A stretch of 64,000 nucleotides of DNA, taken from Candidatus Omnitrophota bacterium (GTDB taxonomy: Bacteria; Omnitrophota; Gorgyraeia; Zapsychrales; JANLHA01). The notes below the pieces were generated by a model. It searched no databases. It had not been told where the DNA came from and saw only the letters and a list, made by a program, of their open reading frames with translations. The DNA is taken from the NCBI GenBank assembly GCA_020632535.1, contig JACKFJ010000001.1, positions 282,890-346,889 on the forward strand. Reading direction: 5' to 3'. The translations under genes and the position numbers were made by a program. Position 1 is the stretch's first letter. Each line of letters opens with the position of its first letter. Shown one piece after another: positions 29,754 to 39,298 of this stretch.

Positions 29754-30134
29754 ATGGTTAGTACATTAGAAAAAATGAAATTGATTAATAGCCCATTTCT
29801 TCGCTCGGATCTTCCAGCGTTTAAAGCTGGTGATGTTGTTAAGATGAAACTCAGAGTTAAAGAAGCTGATAAAATCCGTCTTCATCCCTTTGAAGGTACA
29901 GTGATCCGCGTGACGGGTGGTGGTATCAATGCCAGTTTTACAGTTCGCAAAGTTTCTTTTGGTGAAGGTGTTGAAAAAGTTTTCCCACTTCATTCACCGG
30001 TCATTGATAGCTTGCAGGTTGTTAGCAAGGGTAAAACCAATCGCGCCAAACTATATTATTTGCGCACACGTGTTGGTAAAGCGGCGAAGGTTAAGAAAAT
30101 TGAAGAAAAGCAAACCGTTTCAACAGCTGCTTAA
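29754..30134 (+). CDS. rplS: 50S ribosomal protein L19
   Basis: FKAGDVVKMKLRVKE...RLHPFEGTVI pattern. SD AAGGAG. trmD-rplS synteny. Confidence 0.95.
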   Translation: MVSTLEKMKLINSPFLRSDLPAFKAGDVVKMKLRVKEADKIRLHPFEGTVIRVTGGGINASFTVRKVSFGEGVEKVFPLHSPVIDSLQVVSKGKTNRAKLYYLRTRVGKAAKVKKIEEKQTVSTAA

Positions 30135-30180
30135 TAGCGTTTCCCCATAAAATATTTATGATGTCGAGGGCCCCGATTTG

Positions 30181-30786
30181 ATGTTAGCCCACGAAAGACA
30201 AGCCCGCTTAGAAGGTTTTGATCTTATTATTGGCATCGATGAGGCCGGACGTGGTCCTTTGGCAGGACCAGTAGTTGCTGCCGCAGTTCATATCAACGAT
30301 AGCAATTTTTCCACGCGTATTGACGATTCTAAAACACTTTCACATAAACAACGTGAGCAAGCTTTTGACGAAATCATGGGCAAATGTGATTTTGGCGTTG
30401 GGCTTATGAGCGAAGCGATTATCGATGAACATAATATTTTGCAGGCAACATTTATGGCGATGAACGCCGCGGTTTTAGATTTGATTTCGCATTTGCCCTT
30501 GGGCGAGCGGAAGACATGTTTATTGATTGACGGCAATCGCTTTGTTTCGGATTTGCCATATGAGAAACGCACGATTATTGGTGGTGACGCGCAGAGTCTT
30601 TCCATCGCTTGCGCGTCGATTATCGCAAAGGTGACACGCGATCGTTTATTGCTCGCATATGACGAGGTTTTTCCACAATATGGTTTTGCCAAGCACAAGG
30701 GTTACCCCACGCTCGATCACAAACGCGCGATAGCCCAACACGGACTTTCCCCAATTCATCGGCGGACATTCCGGTATGCTCAATAA
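30181..30786 (+). CDS. rnhB: ribonuclease HII
   Basis: GIDEAGRGPLAGPVV and DDSKTLS motifs and a LIDG region. Confidence 0.9.
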   Translation: MLAHERQARLEGFDLIIGIDEAGRGPLAGPVVAAAVHINDSNFSTRIDDSKTLSHKQREQAFDEIMGKCDFGVGLMSEAIIDEHNILQATFMAMNAAVLDLISHLPLGERKTCLLIDGNRFVSDLPYEKRTIIGGDAQSLSIACASIIAKVTRDRLLLAYDEVFPQYGFAKHKGYPTLDHKRAIAQHGLSPIHRRTFRYAQ

Positions 30787-31159
30787 AATAAAAGATATTT
30801 TACGAAAAAAAGTTGGCGTCACCGGTGAAGATTTTGCTGCGGCATATTTGCTAAAGCGAGGTTTGCGCGTCATTGAAAAGAATTTTCGTTCTCGTTGCGG
30901 TGAAATTGATTTGATTGCGCTTGATCGTGATACAGTATGTTTCATTGAAGTCAAAACACGACGGTCTTTGGCGTTTGGCGAGGGGAGTGAATCTGTCTTG
31001 CGGAATAAGCAACGCAAAATTATCAAAACCGCGTTTTACTATTTGAAGTGCAAAAACTGGGATGAGCGTGACTTTCGATTTGATGTGATTTCAATTCTTG
31101 TCAATGATTTTGGCGAGCCGCAAATCGAGTATCTTAAAGACGCCTTTGAAGGGTTTTAG
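30776..31159 (+). CDS. yraN: YraN-family (UPF0102) endonuclease-like protein
   Basis: GEDFAAAYLLKRGLRVIEKNFRSRCGEIDLIA...FIEVKTR is the typical UPF0102 pattern. rnhB-yraN synteny. Confidence 0.8.
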   Translation: MLNKIKDILRKKVGVTGEDFAAAYLLKRGLRVIEKNFRSRCGEIDLIALDRDTVCFIEVKTRRSLAFGEGSESVLRNKQRKIIKTAFYYLKCKNWDERDFRFDVISILVNDFGEPQIEYLKDAFEGF

Positions 31160-31279
31160 TGGCTAACTTAAAAGCTGGATTCTTGATAAAATTCTTGAAA
31201 TGATTGCAAAAGTCCGTCCGATCAGTTAATATTGACCAGTATTCAATTCTTCAACAATTTCCCAGCAACAGGATCGAAT

Positions 31280-31765
31280 GTGAAAAAGTTTCAGGATCAT
31301 ACCCTTAAAGAGTATTGTGATCGTTTATCCTTAAAAGTCCCGGTACCCGGTGGTGGTTCTGCCGCGGCTTTATCGGCGGCTCTAGGGGCAGCCTTAATTT
31401 CCATGGTTGTTAATTATTCTTTGGGTAAGAAAACAGAGGATGTTGATGCAGAATTAAATAAGATTTTACTGAAAAGTGAAAAATTGCGAAAGCGATTTAT
31501 GGAATTGGTTGATTTGGATGCGGAAGCTTATTTGAGTTTTGTTCAGGCTCGTAAAGCCGACGATAAAACAAGAGAACTCGCGCGTCAACGCGCTTGTGAT
31601 GTTCCCCTTGAAGTCGCAAAGTTGTGTTATGAAGCCATTGACCTAACTCCGTATCTTGTTTTAGAAGGTAATCAATATTTAGTCAGTGACGTTGAGGTTG
31701 CTCTCGAATTATTGGGCGCGGCATATAAGTCCGCAATGTTTAACGTTAAAATCAATCAGCAATAA
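31280..31765 (+). CDS. cyclodeaminase/cyclohydrolase family protein (FtcD C-domain / FchA-like)
   Basis: PGGGSAAALSAALGAALISMV motif, and the gene is paired with folD. Start taken at GTG 31280 behind AGGA; the track TTG at 31232 is possible but has no SD. Confidence 0.7.
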   Translation: MKKFQDHTLKEYCDRLSLKVPVPGGGSAAALSAALGAALISMVVNYSLGKKTEDVDAELNKILLKSEKLRKRFMELVDLDAEAYLSFVQARKADDKTRELARQRACDVPLEVAKLCYEAIDLTPYLVLEGNQYLVSDVEVALELLGAAYKSAMFNVKINQQ

Positions 31766-31773
31766 ATTCTTTT

Positions 31774-32637
31774 ATGACAGCAACAATTCTTGATGGAAAA
31801 CTCCTCGCGCAAAAGTTAAGCGAAGACCTTAAGGTAGAAATTATCCGTCTTAAATCTTCTTCAGGAAAAACTGTGAATATGGTCAATGTCATGGTCGGGG
31901 ACGATCATGGTGCGTCGGCTTATGCCAATTCGCAGAAACGTATCGCTGATCGTGTTGGAATTAACTATCAACTTCTCGCATTGCCTGTGAAAACGACACA
32001 ACGACAATTAGAGGGTGAGTTAGAACGGTTGAGCCAAGACGTTTCTGTCAATGCGATCATGTTGCATAAGCCTGTTCCCGATGGTATTGATTTTCAAAAA
32101 GCAGTGAGGCATATTGCAGTCGTAAAGGATGTTGAGGGACTTAATGCGGCTAATTTAGGTCATTTGTTTTTGAGTGGTACTCAGATTTTACCTTGCACGC
32201 CTGCGGCGGTTATGGAGCATTTGCGCGCCATTCCAAACTTTTCATTGCGTGGTAAGGAGGCTGTTGTCGTCGGGCGAAGCGAAATTGTCGGAAAACCTGT
32301 CGCGATGATGTTGTTGGCAGAAAGCGCGACAGTCACAGTTTGTCATAGCGGCACCAGTCAGGCAGGTCAATTAGAACAACACATCGGACAGGCGGAAGTT
32401 TTGATTGCGGCAATCGGCCAAGCCAAATTTATCAAAGGTGAGTGGATTAAAAAAGGTGCCGTCGTGATTGATGTTGGAATCAATTCCATTGACGATAAAA
32501 TTGTCGGTGATGTGGATTTTGAATCTGCGCAAACGCGCGCGGCATATATTACGCCTGTCCCCGGTGGTGTTGGTCCCGTGACCGTTGTTTGTCTTATGCG
32601 CAATGCGGTTGAAGCATTCAAATTGCAAAATAAATAA
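31774..32637 (+). CDS. folD: bifunctional methylene-THF dehydrogenase / methenyl-THF cyclohydrolase
   Basis: ILDGK N-terminus, VVGRSEIVGKPVAMMLL and TPVPGGVGPVTV motifs. Confidence 0.95.
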   Translation: MTATILDGKLLAQKLSEDLKVEIIRLKSSSGKTVNMVNVMVGDDHGASAYANSQKRIADRVGINYQLLALPVKTTQRQLEGELERLSQDVSVNAIMLHKPVPDGIDFQKAVRHIAVVKDVEGLNAANLGHLFLSGTQILPCTPAAVMEHLRAIPNFSLRGKEAVVVGRSEIVGKPVAMMLLAESATVTVCHSGTSQAGQLEQHIGQAEVLIAAIGQAKFIKGEWIKKGAVVIDVGINSIDDKIVGDVDFESAQTRAAYITPVPGGVGPVTVVCLMRNAVEAFKLQNK

Positions 32638-32666
32638 TTTTTCAATTTTAGAAAATCTATTATCTT

Positions 32667-32675
32667 TGTTATAAT
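32667..32675 (+). promoter_or_regulatory. extended -10 box TGTTATAAT, 7 nt before ATG 32683 (a leaderless transcript is implied)
   Basis: TGnTATAAT at 32667-75. No SD in the 7 nt (AAAGCCC) before the ATG. The same box and spacing occur at 47742. Confidence 0.5.
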
Positions 32676-32682
32676 AAAGCCC

Positions 32683-33741
32683 ATGAAAAAAATTGCCATT
32701 CTCGGAAATTCATTAAGCGCTATCAAAGTCGTTGAACATCTTAAGGCGCACGATCAAGACATTGAAGCCGTCATCATTTCACAGGAAAATACGTTTCCCT
32801 ATTATCGAAATCGAGTTTCACAATTACCTGTTAAGAAAATCAATTCGAATCAGCTTTTTTATCGAGCAAACGCAGAATATCTAGATGAAAAGATCACATT
32901 TATTTTTGAAAAAAAAGTCACGCGTGTCAATTTTAAACGTCGACGATTAACTTTGGATGATAAAGAGCAAATTGATTACGATGTCCTTTTGTTGGCGGAT
33001 CTTTCGCAGCAGCCGTTTTTTGGCGTGAAGGGAGCGAATAAATCCGGTCTTTATAATTTAAAGAAATTGGCGGATACCACAACAGTATTAAAGCTTATAC
33101 CACTTATTGAAACGATTGTGATTCAATCTGATCATTTGGCAGGACTTAAAATGGCGATTGCTTTTAGCGAAATTCAAAAGGAAGTCATTCTTGTCACGTT
33201 GGGGAAGAATATTTTAAATGGTTTATTGAGTGAAACCGACGCGCTTGCCTTGGAAGTGCTTTTACAAGAAAGTGGTGTGCGAGTAATGACGGATAGTCAA
33301 ATTGTTGAAATCTTGGGTGATACTGACGCAAAAGCAGTTCGTTTGCAAAATGGAAAAGTCTTTGGTTGTCAGGCGGTTTTGACCGACGCGGATCTTCCTG
33401 ATTTGCGATTGTTTAAAGAAACCGAACTGCAATCTTCGCAACGGGTTTCGGTAAATGAAAGTTATCAAACGAATTTTGATAATGTCTTTGCCTTGGATGC
33501 AGTTTGTGCTAACATGAAATTCACTGATTGGGATGTTTCTGAAAATTTTTCGTCTTTAGCTGAGGAACAGGGAAAAATCATTGCCGCGCGAATCGTAAAT
33601 AAAGAGTACAGCCCTGTAGCGCAGACATTGGTTTGGGATTTAGAATTAAAAGGTGAGCTTGTCAAAATATCCGTTGAAAATGATGCTTTTGGAAACCCCA
33701 TTTTGAAGGTTGTTCGAACGGAAACTGCGGTTAGTGCTTGA
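32683..33741 (+). CDS. pyridine nucleotide-disulfide oxidoreductase-like protein with degenerate dinucleotide-binding motifs
   Basis: Length and beta-alpha-beta spacing resemble NADH oxidase or rubredoxin reductase-type flavoproteins. However, GxGxxG reads GNSLSA, the second Rossmann motif reads IQSDHLAGL, and the GD motif reads LDAV. Confidence 0.5.
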   Translation: MKKIAILGNSLSAIKVVEHLKAHDQDIEAVIISQENTFPYYRNRVSQLPVKKINSNQLFYRANAEYLDEKITFIFEKKVTRVNFKRRRLTLDDKEQIDYDVLLLADLSQQPFFGVKGANKSGLYNLKKLADTTTVLKLIPLIETIVIQSDHLAGLKMAIAFSEIQKEVILVTLGKNILNGLLSETDALALEVLLQESGVRVMTDSQIVEILGDTDAKAVRLQNGKVFGCQAVLTDADLPDLRLFKETELQSSQRVSVNESYQTNFDNVFALDAVCANMKFTDWDVSENFSSLAEEQGKIIAARIVNKEYSPVAQTLVWDLELKGELVKISVENDAFGNPILKVVRTETAVSA

Positions 33742-33781
33742 GTTTATTGGTATCGTTTCACGCAACAAATTTCTTGCATAA

Positions 33782-34648
33782 ATGTCTGGTTTATATTATC
33801 CTATGACTATTAATTATCAGCGATTCATAGTTTTATTGTTTCTCTTCAGTGTTTTCTTCGTCACTTTTAATTCCAAAATTGAAGCCAGTGTTTTAGACCC
33901 GCAAGCTGATTATTACCGCACAAAGGGTTTGGAGGAACAGGCTAAGGGAAGATATCAAAGCGCTTTAAATTTTTATTTGAAAGCAGTTTCAATGGGGCCC
34001 GAAAGCCCGCTTCTTTACAATGATATAGGTATTGCGTACGAACAGCTTGGATACACGGATCGCGCCGAGCAATATTATCTACGCATTTTAAAAGTGGATC
34101 CGAATTATTTAGCTGCGTATTCGAATTTGGCTTATTTGTATGCGAGTCAAGGACAGACCGATAAAGCCAAGCAGTTTTTTATGGAGCGTCTCAAAAGAGG
34201 TCCTGCAGACGATCCCGTTAAAGATAAAATACGCAATGAGCTTTATAGGCTGGATCCAACTCTTAAGGCTAGCGCGATTGCTCAGGAATTAGAAGAGACC
34301 CGTGTTCGCTTAGCGCATGAAGCTCAGAAAAAGGCTCAAGCAGAATTCGCATTGTCGGTGGAGCGAGCGGAAAAGCATTATAAGCGAGGTGAAAATTTTC
34401 GCAGCGCTAAGAAATATAAAGAAGCGATCAGTGAATTTGATAAAGCTTTAAAAGTAACACCCCAAAATCCCAAGCTGGTCAAAGCTAAGGAGAGGGCTCT
34501 TTACGAGGAAAGGATAGACGAGGTCAAACAAAGAATCGGCGTAGCCACCGAACAGTTAAACACCGGTGAAGTTAACTCCGCAAAAAAAGAAATTCAACAA
34601 ATACTCGCCATAATCCCAAAAGAATCTATTCAGAACTCTGGAAATTAA
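33782..34648 (+). CDS. TPR-repeat protein with an N-terminal signal or anchor
   Basis: Hydrophobic N-terminus, then several 34-aa TPR-like units (YNDIGIAYEQLGYTDRAEQYYLRILKVDPNY...). The C-terminal half is helical and charged. Confidence 0.7.
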   Translation: MSGLYYPMTINYQRFIVLLFLFSVFFVTFNSKIEASVLDPQADYYRTKGLEEQAKGRYQSALNFYLKAVSMGPESPLLYNDIGIAYEQLGYTDRAEQYYLRILKVDPNYLAAYSNLAYLYASQGQTDKAKQFFMERLKRGPADDPVKDKIRNELYRLDPTLKASAIAQELEETRVRLAHEAQKKAQAEFALSVERAEKHYKRGENFRSAKKYKEAISEFDKALKVTPQNPKLVKAKERALYEERIDEVKQRIGVATEQLNTGEVNSAKKEIQQILAIIPKESIQNSGN

Positions 34649-34674
34649 TACATATCCCCCTTTAAGGTTTTTGA

Positions 34675-37251
34675 ATGTCTGTTTCGCGACTCTTTTTGAT
34701 TGATGCTCACGCCCTATGTTATCGCGCATTTTATGCGATTAAGGAACTGCGAAATACCAAAGGGCAAGCGACGAATGCGGTGTATGGTTTTGTCGCCGCT
34801 TTAAAGAAAATTTTACGTGAGTATGAACCACAGTATTTGGCGGTTTGTTTTGACATGAAAGGTAAAACCCGTCGGCAGGATCGTTACGCGGAGTACAAAA
34901 TCCAGCGTCCCACGATGCCTGATGATTTGATTAGCCAAATTCCGATTATCAAGGAAATCTTACGGGCTTATAATCTTCCGGTCATTGAATTGGAGGGTTA
35001 TGAAGCCGATGACATTATTGCCACGATCGCGCGGCGGATTAAGGACAATGATTTGGAAACAGTGATTGTCAGTGATGACAAAGACATGTTTCAACTGGTT
35101 GGTGACCGAGTAAAAATCTTAAGTTCTCGTCATGAAAAAATTCTTGGAATTACGGAGGCACAGGAAATATTAGGGTTTGCGCCGCGGCTTATTCCGGATT
35201 ATTTGGCTTTGGCTGGTGATCAGGTAGACAATATCCCGGGGGTAAAAGGGATTGGTGAAGTTTCGGCTAAGAATTTATTGGCACACTATGGTTCTTTGAA
35301 AAAAATTCTTGCGAATATTGCAGAGATCAAACCTGAACGTGTTCGTCAAGCGATTATGATGAATAAAAGCATGGCGGTGTTGAGTCATGAACTTGCGCTA
35401 CTTGAAGATGATGCCGCGATTTCGCTTGATATTGATTCGATGCGGGTTGGGAAAGCGGATGAAAGTCGTTTGCGGGAAATTTTCAGTGAGTTGGAATTTC
35501 GCAAGTTTGTCTCCGAATTAAATCCGTTGGAATCAGAAGCGGTCATCAATTTTAATATCAAAAAAATCCATTCTGATTCCGAATTTGAGGTTTTACTAAA
35601 GACATTGGAGCAAAAGAAATTTTTTGCTTTCAAGTGTGAATGTCGACCGGTTCAGGGTGAAATCGCGCCACCACAGAAAATAATAATCGGTAGTGATGTT
35701 GCGGATTTCTATGAGCTATCTTTGGACGAAAATAATTGGATGGAGGCTTTATTTGGTACCGCGGGTGTTGTTAAGGTCACATATGATATTAAGGACCAGT
35801 TAAAGCAATTGGCTTTGCCGGTCGACAAAATTAAGGGCAGAATATTTGATGTGATGCTTGCCGGATATTTGTCGTCGCCGTCGCGTGGCAATTATGATTT
35901 GGGGACGTTGGCTTGGGAATATTTAAAGAGAACAGGCTTAGAAAATCTTGATTTGGCGAAGGAAGTTCAGATTATTGGCGAATTATATAAACCACTTCAT
36001 GAAGAATTGCAGAATCGTGAATTATTGAAATTGTTCGATGAGTTGGAAGTCCCTTTGGCTTTTGTTCTTTCAAATATGGAAAAGGAAGGTGTGTGTATTG
36101 ACGAACAATTGCTCAGCCGCCTATCCATACAGGCAACTGAGCGAATTGAGGCTTTGGTCAAAAGTGTGTATGCTTTAGCCGGAGAAGAGTTTAATCTCAA
36201 TTCACCCAAACAACTTAGCCAGATATTGTTCGAAAAGTTGAAATTGCCGGTCGTAAAAAAAACAAAGACCGGATTTTCCACGGATGAAGGCGTGTTGTTA
36301 AAACTTGCGGAAGTTCATGATATGCCGGCGAAATTGCTGGAGTATCGTCAGTTGGCAAAACTCAAGTCAACGTATATTGATGCTTTGCCGAAATTGATTG
36401 ATCCAGTAACGGGTCGTGTCCATACGACATTTAATCAGAGTGGGACAGAGACGGGGCGGTTAAGTTCTAATAATCCCAATTTACAGAATATTCCCATTCG
36501 AACTGAGTTAGGTCGGCAAATTCGTGCTGCATTTATTCCTTCGGCAAAAGATCGGATGATTATTGCCGCGGATTATTCGCAGATTGAACTGCGGGTTTTA
36601 GCACATCTTTCTGGAGATGAGAATTTGAAGATGGCATTTGAAAAGGGTGAAGATATTCACGCTTACACAGCGGCACAGATTTTTGACATTAAGGAAGTTG
36701 ATGTTACCGCCGATATGCGCAACAGCGCTAAAAGAGTGAACTTTGGTATTATTTATGGGATGAGCGCATTTGGACTGTCCAAAGATTTAGGGATTAGTGT
36801 GCCGCAGGCTCAGGATTTTATTGATCGCTATTTTACGCGATATCCTAGCGTTAAAAAGTTTATGGATTCAGAGATTGTCAAGTGTCGCCAACAGGGCTAT
36901 GTAACAACATTGCTTAATCGTCGTCGATATATTCCTGAAATCAATAGTTCAAATATGGGGATTCGACAATTTGCGGAGCGACAGGCGATTAATACGCCGG
37001 TACAGGGTTCAGCCGCAGATTTGATCAAGTTGGCAATGATTCAGATTTCGCAAGACCTTGTGAGCAAGAATTTTGCTTCGCGTATGATTATCACGGTTCA
37101 CGATGAACTTGTTTTTGATGCTCTTTCGTCGGAAGAGAAGACATTAATTGTTTTGGTTCGTGAACGTATGGAGCATACGATGCCGCTGGATGTTCCAATT
37201 GTGGTTGGTATCAAAAAAGGGCAGAATTGGCTCGAGACTGAGAAAATCTGA
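34675..37251 (+). CDS. polA: DNA polymerase I (5' nuclease, degenerate 3'-5' exonuclease-like domain, and polymerase)
   Basis: The 5' nuclease N-terminus, and polymerase motifs DYSQIELRVLAH, RNSAKRVNFGIIYG and QVHDE-like ITVHDEL. Confidence 0.95.
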   Translation: MSVSRLFLIDAHALCYRAFYAIKELRNTKGQATNAVYGFVAALKKILREYEPQYLAVCFDMKGKTRRQDRYAEYKIQRPTMPDDLISQIPIIKEILRAYNLPVIELEGYEADDIIATIARRIKDNDLETVIVSDDKDMFQLVGDRVKILSSRHEKILGITEAQEILGFAPRLIPDYLALAGDQVDNIPGVKGIGEVSAKNLLAHYGSLKKILANIAEIKPERVRQAIMMNKSMAVLSHELALLEDDAAISLDIDSMRVGKADESRLREIFSELEFRKFVSELNPLESEAVINFNIKKIHSDSEFEVLLKTLEQKKFFAFKCECRPVQGEIAPPQKIIIGSDVADFYELSLDENNWMEALFGTAGVVKVTYDIKDQLKQLALPVDKIKGRIFDVMLAGYLSSPSRGNYDLGTLAWEYLKRTGLENLDLAKEVQIIGELYKPLHEELQNRELLKLFDELEVPLAFVLSNMEKEGVCIDEQLLSRLSIQATERIEALVKSVYALAGEEFNLNSPKQLSQILFEKLKLPVVKKTKTGFSTDEGVLLKLAEVHDMPAKLLEYRQLAKLKSTYIDALPKLIDPVTGRVHTTFNQSGTETGRLSSNNPNLQNIPIRTELGRQIRAAFIPSAKDRMIIAADYSQIELRVLAHLSGDENLKMAFEKGEDIHAYTAAQIFDIKEVDVTADMRNSAKRVNFGIIYGMSAFGLSKDLGISVPQAQDFIDRYFTRYPSVKKFMDSEIVKCRQQGYVTTLLNRRRYIPEINSSNMGIRQFAERQAINTPVQGSAADLIKLAMIQISQDLVSKNFASRMIITVHDELVFDALSSEEKTLIVLVRERMEHTMPLDVPIVVGIKKGQNWLETEKI

Positions 37252-37253
37252 GT

Positions 37254-38648
37254 ATGAAAATCGCCTTTTGTTCATCGGAAGTCGTTCCCTTCGCCAAGAC
37301 TGGTGGGATGGCGGATGTGTGTGGTAGCTTGCCTTTGGCCTTGGAAAAATTGGGACAAGATATCATTATTGTACTCCCGGGATACAGTTCGATTGATCGT
37401 AAAAAGCATGGATTTACCAAAATCAGGGAGGACATTTCACAGGCGATTGTTGGTAAGAATATTCACGTTTATTTGATTGAGCATAGTTATTTTGATCGAT
37501 TGGGATTGTATGGTGATAAAAGTGGTGATTATTCGGATAATCTTGAGCGATTTAATTTTTATTGTCGACGGACGCTTGAACTTTTTAAAGAATTAAAACT
37601 GAGCATTGATATTATTCATTGTCATGATTGGCAATCCGCGCTGATTCCGGTTTATTTGAAACAGGTTTTTAATAAAGATCCGTTTTTTAGCAAGACGCGA
37701 ACAATTTTATCTTTGCATAATTTGGCGTATCAAGGAGTTTTTTCGGCGGAACAATACAAGTTGTTGCCATTTGATTCAAAGATTTATTTAAGTACATTCG
37801 AGTTTTACAATAAAACGAACGTATTAAAAAGCGGTATTGTCACCAGTGATGTGGTGGCGACTGTTAGTCCGCAATACGCGCGCGAAATACAAACTAAGGA
37901 ATTTGGTAGTGGTCTTGAAGGCGTGTTGTTGGCTCGTGGTGAAAGCATCATCGGGATATTAAACGGCCTTGATTATAATTATTGGGATCCGCGACGTGAC
38001 CGTTATATCGCGTCTCAGTATTCGCCAGACGACCCCAGTTATAAAGCTAATAATAAGGCAGTTTTGCAAGCAAAGATGAATTTGCCGCAGAAGCCCGCTG
38101 TTCCTTTGTTTGGTTTTGTGAGTCGTTTGTCACATCAAAAAGGTCTTGATCTTTTAAATAAAGCCATTGCTCAGATTATGAAGTTTGATATTCAAGTTGC
38201 ATTTCTCGGGGTAGGTGAAGACAAATATCACCAAATGCTCAACTTATGGGCAAAACAGTATCCTGGTCAAATTGCTATTCAGTTGGCATTTGATGAGGAA
38301 TTTTCACATCAGGTTTATGCGGGATCGGATGTATTTCTTATGCCGTCGGTGTATGAGCCGTGCGGTTTAAGTCAAATGATCAGTTTGCGGTATGGAACGA
38401 TCCCTTTGGTTTATCGTGTGGGTGGTTTGGCGGATACGGTCATTCCTCATGATCAGGGCGGGAATGGCTTTGTTTTTACCGATTATACGGTTGACGCCTT
38501 TGTTGAAGCAGTTCGAGAAGCAAAGAACGTTTATCGCGATAAAAGTGCTTTTAATCAAATTGTCCAAGAAGCGTTTAAGGCAGATTTTTCATGGGAAAGT
38601 TCCGCGCGTCAGTACGTTGGCTTGTATCATCAGTGTCAGAAAAATTGA
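37254..38648 (+). CDS. glgA: glycogen synthase (ADP-glucose type, GT5)
   Basis: SSEVVPFAKTGGMADV N-terminal motif and the C-terminal PSVYEPCGLSQM motif. Confidence 0.9.
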   Translation: MKIAFCSSEVVPFAKTGGMADVCGSLPLALEKLGQDIIIVLPGYSSIDRKKHGFTKIREDISQAIVGKNIHVYLIEHSYFDRLGLYGDKSGDYSDNLERFNFYCRRTLELFKELKLSIDIIHCHDWQSALIPVYLKQVFNKDPFFSKTRTILSLHNLAYQGVFSAEQYKLLPFDSKIYLSTFEFYNKTNVLKSGIVTSDVVATVSPQYAREIQTKEFGSGLEGVLLARGESIIGILNGLDYNYWDPRRDRYIASQYSPDDPSYKANNKAVLQAKMNLPQKPAVPLFGFVSRLSHQKGLDLLNKAIAQIMKFDIQVAFLGVGEDKYHQMLNLWAKQYPGQIAIQLAFDEEFSHQVYAGSDVFLMPSVYEPCGLSQMISLRYGTIPLVYRVGGLADTVIPHDQGGNGFVFTDYTVDAFVEAVREAKNVYRDKSAFNQIVQEAFKADFSWESSARQYVGLYHQCQKN

Positions 38649-38649
38649 T

Positions 38650-39261
38650 ATGAAAAAAAATGTTGTTATTGGCGTTACGGGGCAATTGGGGACGGGAAAG
38701 TCAACCGTTGCGGCAATGTTTGCCGAATTCGGCGCAAGTGTAATTAACGCGGATCTTTTAGCGCATCGAGCTTTGCGATCGCGTGGTGCATGCTATAGAA
38801 AAGTTGTAAAAACTTTTGGTAAAGGTATTTTAAGCAAAACGGAAATTGATCATGCGAAACTGAGTCAAATTGTTTTTGCCGATGAAAAGCAATTAAGAAA
38901 ACTTGAGAACATCGTTCATCCTTTTGTGATAAAGGAAACACGTAAGCAAGTAGCCGCGTTTAAGAGGGCAGGCCAAAAAGTCATTATTCTTGATGTCCCG
39001 TTGCTTTTTGAAACAGGTATGGATAAGTTGACCGATATGACGATCGCGGTCAAAGCCAGTAAAGTAAAACAGTTGGCGCGATGTGCGCGGCAAGGCCGTT
39101 TGAATCGCAGTCAGGCAATTCAACGAATGCGTTTTCAATTGCCTATGTTTGAGAAAGTTCGTCGGGCTGATATGATTGTTAACAATGACGGAACTCTGTC
39201 GCAGACAAAAAAGCAAGTGAAAAAAATCTGGGAAGTTATACAGCGAAGATACATTTATTAA
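38650..39261 (+). CDS. coaE: dephospho-CoA kinase
   Basis: Start at ATG 38650 (MKKNVVIGVTGQLGTGKST P-loop). The in-frame upstream part of track ORF 38392 overlaps glgA and is not coding. Confidence 0.9.
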   Translation: MKKNVVIGVTGQLGTGKSTVAAMFAEFGASVINADLLAHRALRSRGACYRKVVKTFGKGILSKTEIDHAKLSQIVFADEKQLRKLENIVHPFVIKETRKQVAAFKRAGQKVIILDVPLLFETGMDKLTDMTIAVKASKVKQLARCARQGRLNRSQAIQRMRFQLPMFEKVRRADMIVNNDGTLSQTKKQVKKIWEVIQRRYIY

Positions 39262-39298
39262 GGTTTAAAAACAACATCAACTAATGAGGAAACAGAAC

